A stretch of DNA of 64,000 bases from an uncultured Chloroflexia bacterium (GTDB lineage: Bacteria > Chloroflexota > Dormibacteria > Aeolococcales > Aeolococcaceae). The position numbers and the translations under genes were made by a program. Below the pieces are notes generated by a model. The model searched no databases and was not told where the DNA came from. It saw nothing but the letters and a program-made list of their open reading frames with translations. The stretch lies in NCBI GenBank assembly GCA_963793875.1, contig CAWCBS010000014.1:179335-243334 (forward strand). The letters are read 5' to 3'. Within the stretch, counting starts at the first letter, position 1, and each line of letters opens with the position of its first letter. Below are positions 56,152-64,000 of the stretch, one piece after another.

Positions 56152-56564
56152 TGATCGTCGTCGACACCAGCGTCTGGGTGGACTTCCTGAACAACACCCC
56201 GACGCCCGCCGCCGAGCGGTGCACGGACCTGATCCAGGCCGGGGAGCCGGTGGCGCTGACCGACGTCATCCTCACCGAGGTGCTCCAGGGGCTGCGCAGC
56301 GAACGCGAGGCGCGCATGGTGGAGCGGCACCTGCGCGCTTTTCCCATCCTCCGGCTGGAGGGTATCGAGGACTTCGTCCTCGCGGCCGCCCTGTACCGCA
56401 CCGCGCGGCGTGCCGGCGTGACCATCAGGAAGACTCTCGACTGCCTGATCGCGGCTCCCTGCGTGCGCACCGGCGCACCGCTCCTGCACGCGGACCGCGA
56501 TTTCGACCTCCTGGCCACCTGCACCCCATTGCGGGTGTGGGCGGGCGATCCGGGCCGGCCGTGA
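56151..56564 (+). CDS. vapC: type II toxin VapC (PIN-domain ribonuclease)
   Basis: MIVVDTSVWVDFL...LTEVLQG...DCLIAA...LLHADRDF. The acidic PIN residues are D5, E43, D97 and D115. Confidence 0.9.
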   Translation: MIVVDTSVWVDFLNNTPTPAAERCTDLIQAGEPVALTDVILTEVLQGLRSEREARMVERHLRAFPILRLEGIEDFVLAAALYRTARRAGVTIRKTLDCLIAAPCVRTGAPLLHADRDFDLLATCTPLRVWAGDPGRP

Positions 56565-56790
56565 CAAGCTGCAGCACGACGGCACCACGTTCTCCGGGTA
56601 CCATGAGCTCGGCCCCTCGCCGGTCGCAGCGCACCGCATGCGGCTGGACCAACAGAAGAAACATCGGGATCCCAACATCCGTCGCCGGCCTTCGTGCCCC
56701 TCAGACGGGGAAGGAGAAAAGCGCCGTGCGGGAACCCACCTGGTCCTCGGGCTCAGCCCAGGACAGCGCCGCCGGCGTTGGGGCCGTTCG

Positions 56791-57063
56791 GTGAGCCCGG
56801 GCCTCCTGATCGGCATCCTCTTCGCGCTCATCGGGGCCCAGGTCGCCCACCTGGTTGACCCCCGACGGCTCGGCTACCCGGTCGCCCTGGCCCTGGCCGC
56901 CGCGGGCGTGGTGGCCGGCGAGCTGGTGGCCCTGGGCCTCCACGCCGGGGGGCCGCCCTTGGGGCCGCTGCATCCGCTGGCGGACGCCGCTGGCATGCTG
57001 GTCCTGGAGGTTGCCGGGGCACTCCTTCTCCGGGCCCCGGGAGCCCGCCGGGGGCGGGCATAA
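56791..57063 (+). CDS. possible small (90-aa) membrane protein
   Basis: VSPGLLIGILFALIGAQVAHLV...GYPVALALAAAGVVAGELVALGL...AAGMLVLEVAGALLL. The GTG overlaps the stop of a 22-codon ORF that has a strong SD. Confidence 0.35.
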   Translation: MSPGLLIGILFALIGAQVAHLVDPRRLGYPVALALAAAGVVAGELVALGLHAGGPPLGPLHPLADAAGMLVLEVAGALLLRAPGARRGRA

Positions 57064-57130
57064 TCGGGCCTGATCCACTGCCACCCCGCACCCGGCCGGC
57101 AGCGGCCCGGTGACACCCGGAGGAACGGCC

Positions 57131-57340
57131 ATGCGTCTGCCCATCCCGTTCGGCCGCAAGGGTCTGATCGCGGCCGCCGCCATCGCTGCGGGGGTCGTCT
57201 TCTGGCGGGTCCGCAGCCAGCGCCAGGAGGCCCTCGACCGCGAGTGGGAGGAGGAGGTCCAGGGGGCGATCAAGGAGGGGGTCGCGGCCGGTCGCGCCGC
57301 CACCGCGCATGGCGACGCCGCCCCAGGTACGGACGCGTGA
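57131..57340 (+). CDS. small (69-aa) membrane-anchored protein
   Basis: GGAGGA lies 6 nt before the ATG. MRLPIPFGRKGLIAAAAIAAGVVFWRV, then a charged helix. Confidence 0.45.
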   Translation: MRLPIPFGRKGLIAAAAIAAGVVFWRVRSQRQEALDREWEEEVQGAIKEGVAAGRAATAHGDAAPGTDA

Positions 57341-57374
57341 CCCGAGAGCGGAGGCGGGCGCCCCGGGTCGGGCC

Positions 57375-57866
57375 ATGAGTTTGGGGATGGCCCCGCCCGG
57401 GTATTCCCCGGATGTGACCACCACCCCCGCCGAGCTGCGGCTGCCCGCCGATCGCCGCTACGTCCTGGTCGCCAAGCGGGCGGCCGCCGGCTTCGCGGCC
57501 GTGGCCGGGCTCGACGTCGAGGCCCTCGACGACCTGGTCATCGCCGTCGCCCAGGCCTGTGAGAACGCCATCGGCCTCACCGAGCGGGTGGCCGGGCCGG
57601 GCAACGGCCAGATCCGGCTGGTGTTCACGATCGCCGACAGCGCCATCGAGGTGCGGGTGCGGAGCAGCCTCTCCCGCGCCGAGCTGGACGCCGCGGCGCA
57701 CCGCCAGGCGGTCGCGGCGGTGCAGGCCGCCCGCGAGGCCCAGGCCCTCGAGGCCGAGCAGATGGCGATGCAGCTCATGGGGCTCTTCGTGGACGACTTC
57801 GGCTACCGGATGGACGAGCGCAACGGTGGCCTGCGGGTTCGGCTGACCAAGTACCTGGTGCGGTGA
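57375..57866 (+). CDS. RsbW/SpoIIAB-like anti-sigma factor with degenerate ATP-binding boxes
   Basis: LRLPADRRYVLVAKRAAAGFAAVAGLDVEALDDLVIAVAQACENAI...LVFTIADSAIEVRV. No recognisable DxGxG or GxGL boxes. GTGA overlap with the sigma gene. Confidence 0.65.
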   Translation: MSLGMAPPGYSPDVTTTPAELRLPADRRYVLVAKRAAAGFAAVAGLDVEALDDLVIAVAQACENAIGLTERVAGPGNGQIRLVFTIADSAIEVRVRSSLSRAELDAAAHRQAVAAVQAAREAQALEAEQMAMQLMGLFVDDFGYRMDERNGGLRVRLTKYLVR

Positions 57867-58681
57867 GCGCCGCCACCCCTGGTGGTCGCACAACCCTGCC
57901 CCTGCGGCGGACGATGGCCAAGCCGGCCGCCACCCCGGCGCGCGAGCAGGTCCGCCAGCTCCTCCGCGAGTACCGCGAGACCCGGGATCCCGCCATCCGG
58001 GCGCGCCTGGTCGAGCTGAACAGCGACCTGGTCCACTACATCGCGCGCCGCTTCGCGAACCGGGGCGAGCCCCTGGAGGACATCGAGCAGGTCGGCTTCC
58101 TCGGCCTCATCCAGGCCATCGACCGCTTCGACCCGAGCCTGGAGAACGAGTTCAGCACCTTCGCGACGCCCACCATCATGGGCGAGATCCGCCGCCACTT
58201 CCGGGATCGGTCGTGGGCGGTCCGGGTGCCCCGGCGGCTCCAGGAGAACCTGCTCCGGGTCCACGCCGCCCAGCAGGAGCTGCAGGGGAGGCTGGGAAGG
58301 CCCGCCTCGATCGAGGAGATCGCGGCCCACCTGGGCCTGGAGGCCGACGACGTGCTGGCCGCCCTGGAGGTGAGCCCGGCGCAGCACACCGTCTCTTTGC
58401 AGGCGCCGCTCCGCGATTCGGAGGACGGGAGCGTGCTCGGCGAGCGGCTCGGCGGCGAGGACCAGGGGCTGGATCGGGTCGAGATGCGCGACGTGCTGGA
58501 GCGGGCGATGGCTCAGCTGAGCCCCCGGGAGCGGCGGATCATGGCCCTGCGCTTCGTCGAGCAGCTGCCCCAGACCGAGGTCGCCAAGCGCCTCGGGATC
58601 TCCCAGATGCACGTCTCCCGGCTGCAGCGCGCGGCGGTGGAGCACCTCCGCCGTGAGTTCGGCGACGAGATCCTGGCCTGA
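57863..58681 (+). CDS. group 3 sigma-70 factor of the SigB/SigF/SigG type
   Basis: LEDIEQVGFLGLIQAIDRFDP..EFSTFATPTIMGEIRRHFRDRSWAVRVPRR (regions 2-3). LPQTEVAKRLGISQMHVSRLQR (region 4.2). Confidence 0.9.
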   Translation: MSAATPGGRTTLPLRRTMAKPAATPAREQVRQLLREYRETRDPAIRARLVELNSDLVHYIARRFANRGEPLEDIEQVGFLGLIQAIDRFDPSLENEFSTFATPTIMGEIRRHFRDRSWAVRVPRRLQENLLRVHAAQQELQGRLGRPASIEEIAAHLGLEADDVLAALEVSPAQHTVSLQAPLRDSEDGSVLGERLGGEDQGLDRVEMRDVLERAMAQLSPRERRIMALRFVEQLPQTEVAKRLGISQMHVSRLQRAAVEHLRREFGDEILA

Positions 58682-58697
58682 TCCGTCAGGGTCTTCG

Positions 58698-58735
58698 CCG
58701 TCCGATACAATCAACCGGCTCCGCACCTCGGACGG
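58698..58735 (+). promoter_or_regulatory. 8-bp inverted repeat CCGTCCGA...TCGGACGG bracketing a TACAAT -10-like hexamer (58706..58711) upstream of alaS
   Basis: Read directly from the sequence. Could alternatively be a terminator hairpin for the sigma operon. Confidence 0.3.
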
Positions 58736-58802
58736 AGGGCGCCGCACCGAGCGGTGCCGTCCCTCGTCCGCCAGGTGCCCCACCCTCCACGAGCCTCCCC
58801 CT

Positions 58803-61435
<2,633 letters not shown>

Positions 61436-61439
<4 letters not shown>

Positions 61440-62701
61440 TGCCGCGCAAGAAGTTCACCATGCTCCGCCGCCGCAGCGAGTTCCACAGCCACTACACCGT
61501 TCTCGACATCGGCACCGAGTTCGTCAAGGCGCTGGTGGTCAAGCGCGAGGAGGGCACCGGCATCGTCATCGGTGTCGGCAAGGTGCGCCAGTCGCTCTCC
61601 GACATGCAGTCGGGGGCGGTCGCCGACATCCAGGGGGTGATCGACAACTGCGACCGGGCGCTCACCGAGGCCGAGGACATGTGCGGCACCATCCCGGGGC
61701 AGGCGGTGATGGGCATCGCCGGCGAGCAGGTGCGCGGCTTCAGCACCACCATGACCATGCCGCGGCCCCAGCCCCAGGCCCGCATCACCCAGGCCGACAT
61801 CGCCACCGCCCTGCAGGCGGTCCAGCGCCGCGCCCTCAAGGAGGCGGTGCGCCAGATGTCCCACGAGCTGGGGGTGGCCGAGGTCAACGTGAAGCTGGTG
61901 CACAGCAGCATCACCGCGGTGCACATCGACGGCTACGCGGTCACCAACCCGCTCGACTTCCAGGGCCAGGTGCTGGAGATCTCGGTCTTCAACACCTTCG
62001 CCCCGCTCACCCACATCGGGGCCCTGCAGACCATTGCCCAGGAGCTGGACCTGGAGCTGGTCGCGACCGTGGCTGAGCCCTACGCGCTCACCCGGGGCTG
62101 CGCCACCGAGGACGTCTACGAGTTCGGTGGCGTCTACGTCGACGTCGGCGGCGGGACCACCGACATCGCCGTGGTCCGGCGCGGGATCGAGGCGATCCGG
62201 ATGTTCGCCCTGGGCGGGCGCTCTTTCACCCGGCGGCTCGCCAACGAGATCGGGATGAGCCTGGAGGAGGCGGAGCGCTTCAAGCTGGCCCACGCCGAGG
62301 GACGGCTGCCCGCCGAGCAGGACGCGCTGGCTCGCAGCACCCTCGAGCCCACCGCGGAGGTGCTGGCCGAGGGCGTCGCCCTCACCCTGGAGGAGCTCTC
62401 CGGCAAGGAGCCGGTGCCGCCGGCGGTCTACCTGGCCGGCGGGGGATCGGCCCTGCCCGAGGTCAGCGAGAAGCTCCGGGCGCTGGACTGGACCGAGATG
62501 CTCTCAATGAGCCGGCCCCCCAGCATCAGGGTCCTCGGGCCCGACGACGTGCAGGGCATCCACGACTCGACGGGGCTCCTGGTGGGCAGCCAGGACGTCA
62601 CGCCGATGGGGCTTGCGTATCATGCGGTGTCCCTCGAAGATGACGCCGATCAGCCCCTCGGAGGCCTGATGAGGCGCGTCATGAAGGCGATGAAGGTGTG
62701 A
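61436..62701 (+). CDS. FtsA-like actin-fold (ASKHA) ATPase with a basic amphipathic C-terminal helix
   Basis: VLDIGTEFVKALVV (phosphate 1), VYVDVGGGTTDIAVV (phosphate 2), VYLAGGGSALPEV (adenosine). C-terminus LGGLMRRVMKAMKV. ATGA overlap with the alaS stop. Confidence 0.85.
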
Positions 62702-62714
62702 TGAGGCCGGGCCC

Positions 62715-64000
62715 ATGGCCAAGAGGCTGATCTACGTCGGCCAGGACGACGACGTCTCGGACCTGGCCGGCAAGGTCCAGGCGGCGGACGCGGGCGACGA
62801 CGTCGGCTTGGTCGTCCCGACGGGGGCGCAGGCGTTCCAGACCCCGCTCAACCTCCGGCTGCTCCGCAGCGTGGCCATGAAGCGCGGCCTGACCACCTCG
62901 GTGGTCACCCCCGACGCCCGGGTCCAGGAGCTGGCCCGGGGGGCGGGGATCTCCGTTTACAGCTCGGTGGCCGCCTACGACGGCGGGGTGCCGGTGGCGG
63001 CTCGCCGTCCCGGCCAGCCCCCCTTTCGGGATCTGGATTCCCCGCTTCGCCCCCGGGCCCCGTTCCTGCCCCAGGCGGGCACGCCCGCCGGCTCGGTGGC
63101 AAACGGCGCGGTGCCGGTGATGGGCCCCCTAACGGGTGCGGGCGGCTGGCCGACCCCGGCGAGTGCGAGCTCGGGAGCCGCGGCGCTCGGAGATGCGGCC
63201 GTCCTCGCCGCCGGGGCGCCGCCGCCACCTCGGGAGAGCCCGTGGGCCACGCCCGCCCCCCCGCCGGGCCCACCCGGAGTGGAGCCTCCGGCGCCGGCCA
63301 CCATCCTCACCCCGCCACGGGCCCGGAGCCCGTGGACTGCGGCGTCGGCCTCGGAGTGGGACCAGCCCCCACCGCCGTGGGCCGCGGCCCGCGCGGCGGA
63401 CACGTATGGAGCCGCTTCGGGCGCCACCGTTCTGGAGCCGCCACCGCCGGCCGCACCCTCGATCAGGCCACCCTCGCCTCCGGGCCGGGGTCCTGGCGGC
63501 CCACCCAAGCCGCCCCCCGCCCCGGGCGGTCTCCGCGGCCTGCTGGGCCACCGCCGGGCCCTCTACGGGGCCGGTGCCGGGGTGGTCGTGGTGGCCCTCC
63601 TGCTCTTCCTGCTCCTCGGCTCCTCGGCCACGGTCACGGTCACCATCGCCGAGCAGCCGCTGACCGTCAACCCGACCATCCAGGGGACCTCGGTCGCCGC
63701 CCAGGCCAGCCAGCCCAACTACGTGCTGACCAAGGTGGTCACCGACACCGCCACCCAGACATTTCCGGCGACCCCCACCGGAAGCCAGGCGGTGCCAGGG
63801 GTGGACGCGACCGGCGCGATCACACTGACGGTGCCACCGTCGGCTGGTTGCGTCCCCGGCAACGCCCTCACGGTCTACCAGGGCAGCCTCTTCGAGACCT
63901 CGGGGAGCACCCCCATCGTGTTCCAGACCACGGCGGATGTCGCGGCGACGTGTGCCACATCCGGACCGACCACGTTTCCCTCGGTTGACGTCACCGCGTC
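62715..64000 (+). CDS. membrane protein, partial (runs off the window end): small N-terminal cytoplasmic domain, about 170-aa Pro-rich linker, one TM, extracytoplasmic beta-rich domain
   Basis: Own translation from ATG 62715: MAKRLIYVGQDDDVSDLAGKVQAADAGDDVGLVVPTGAQAFQTPLNLRLLRSVAMKRGLTTSVVTPDARVQELARGAGISVY... then TM LYGAGAGVVVVALLLFLLLGSSA, then TVTIAEQPLTVNPTIQG... High GC3 and no stop to the end of the window. Absent from the ORF track for that reason. Confidence 0.7.
   Translation, partial: MAKRLIYVGQDDDVSDLAGKVQAADAGDDVGLVVPTGAQAFQTPLNLRLLRSVAMKRGLTTSVVTPDARVQELARGAGISVYSSVAAYDGGVPVAARRPGQPPFRDLDSPLRPRAPFLPQAGTPAGSVANGAVPVMGPLTGAGGWPTPASASSGAAALGDAAVLAAGAPPPPRESPWATPAPPPGPPGVEPPAPATILTPPRARSPWTAASASEWDQPPPPWAAARAADTYGAASGATVLEPPPPAAPSIRPPSPPGRGPGGPPKPPPAPGGLRGLLGHRRALYGAGAGVVVVALLLFLLLGSSATVTVTIAEQPLTVNPTIQGTSVAAQASQPNYVLTKVVTDTATQTFPATPTGSQAVPGVDATGAITLTVPPSAGCVPGNALTVYQGSLFETSGSTPIVFQTTADVAATCATSGPTTFPSVDVTA

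Noticed and set aside
55890-56800. vapBC region as part of a genomic island or mobile element
   Set aside because: No integrase, transposase, tRNA target or direct repeats are visible. Only the toxin-antitoxin pair itself is accessory-like.

Overview
This is a high-GC (about 70%) bacterial chromosome segment. I found no rRNA, tRNA, CRISPR array, transposase or integrase. It falls into three blocks.

(i) 1-27.4 kb. A Wzx/Wzy-type exopolysaccharide (EPS) locus with GT2 and GT4 glycosyltransferases, two SAM methyltransferases, three FemAB/CelD-like acyltransferases, a hexapeptide acetyltransferase, a flippase, a polymerase, and a split Wzz adaptor plus BY-kinase-like ATPase. The locus also encodes a 2140-aa secreted PKD/LamG/CarboxypepD_reg protein that is translationally coupled to the methyltransferases. 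After it come a sensor-less NarL-type two-component pair, a GH5 lipoprotein and a NiCoT Ni/Co permease.

(ii) 27.7-50.6 kb. Housekeeping core with Firmicutes-like synteny: topA-hslV-hslU, then rpsB-tsf-pyrH-frr-uppS-cdsA-dxr-rseP-ispG-proS, then rel. Lineage-specific proline-rich membrane proteins and a MerR/permease pair are interspersed.

(iii) 50.8-64 kb. Orphan TadG/TadE/TadE pseudopilin-like genes, hisS, vapBC, small membrane ORFs, a degenerate RsbW-like anti-sigma factor with a SigB/F-type sigma factor, alaS, and an FtsA-like actin-fold ATPase followed by a partial membrane protein.

Most interesting observations:
- cdsA and rel are each broken by one extra nucleotide, and both breaks sit in the identical octamer GAACTCGG.
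- A recurrent LS[PA]D..[WF]WDG..W motif occurs five times in three proline-rich membrane proteins.
- Leaderless-type promoters (TAnnnT 7-9 nt before the start codon) precede at least seven genes.
- A Nur-box-like palindrome overlaps the NiCoT promoter.
- The BY-kinase homologue has a Walker-A Lys-to-Arg change and no tyrosine cluster.
- An alaS-coupled FtsA-like/membrane-protein pair.

No known defence or mobile system is evident beyond vapBC. All domain calls are from reading motifs by eye, not from database searches.
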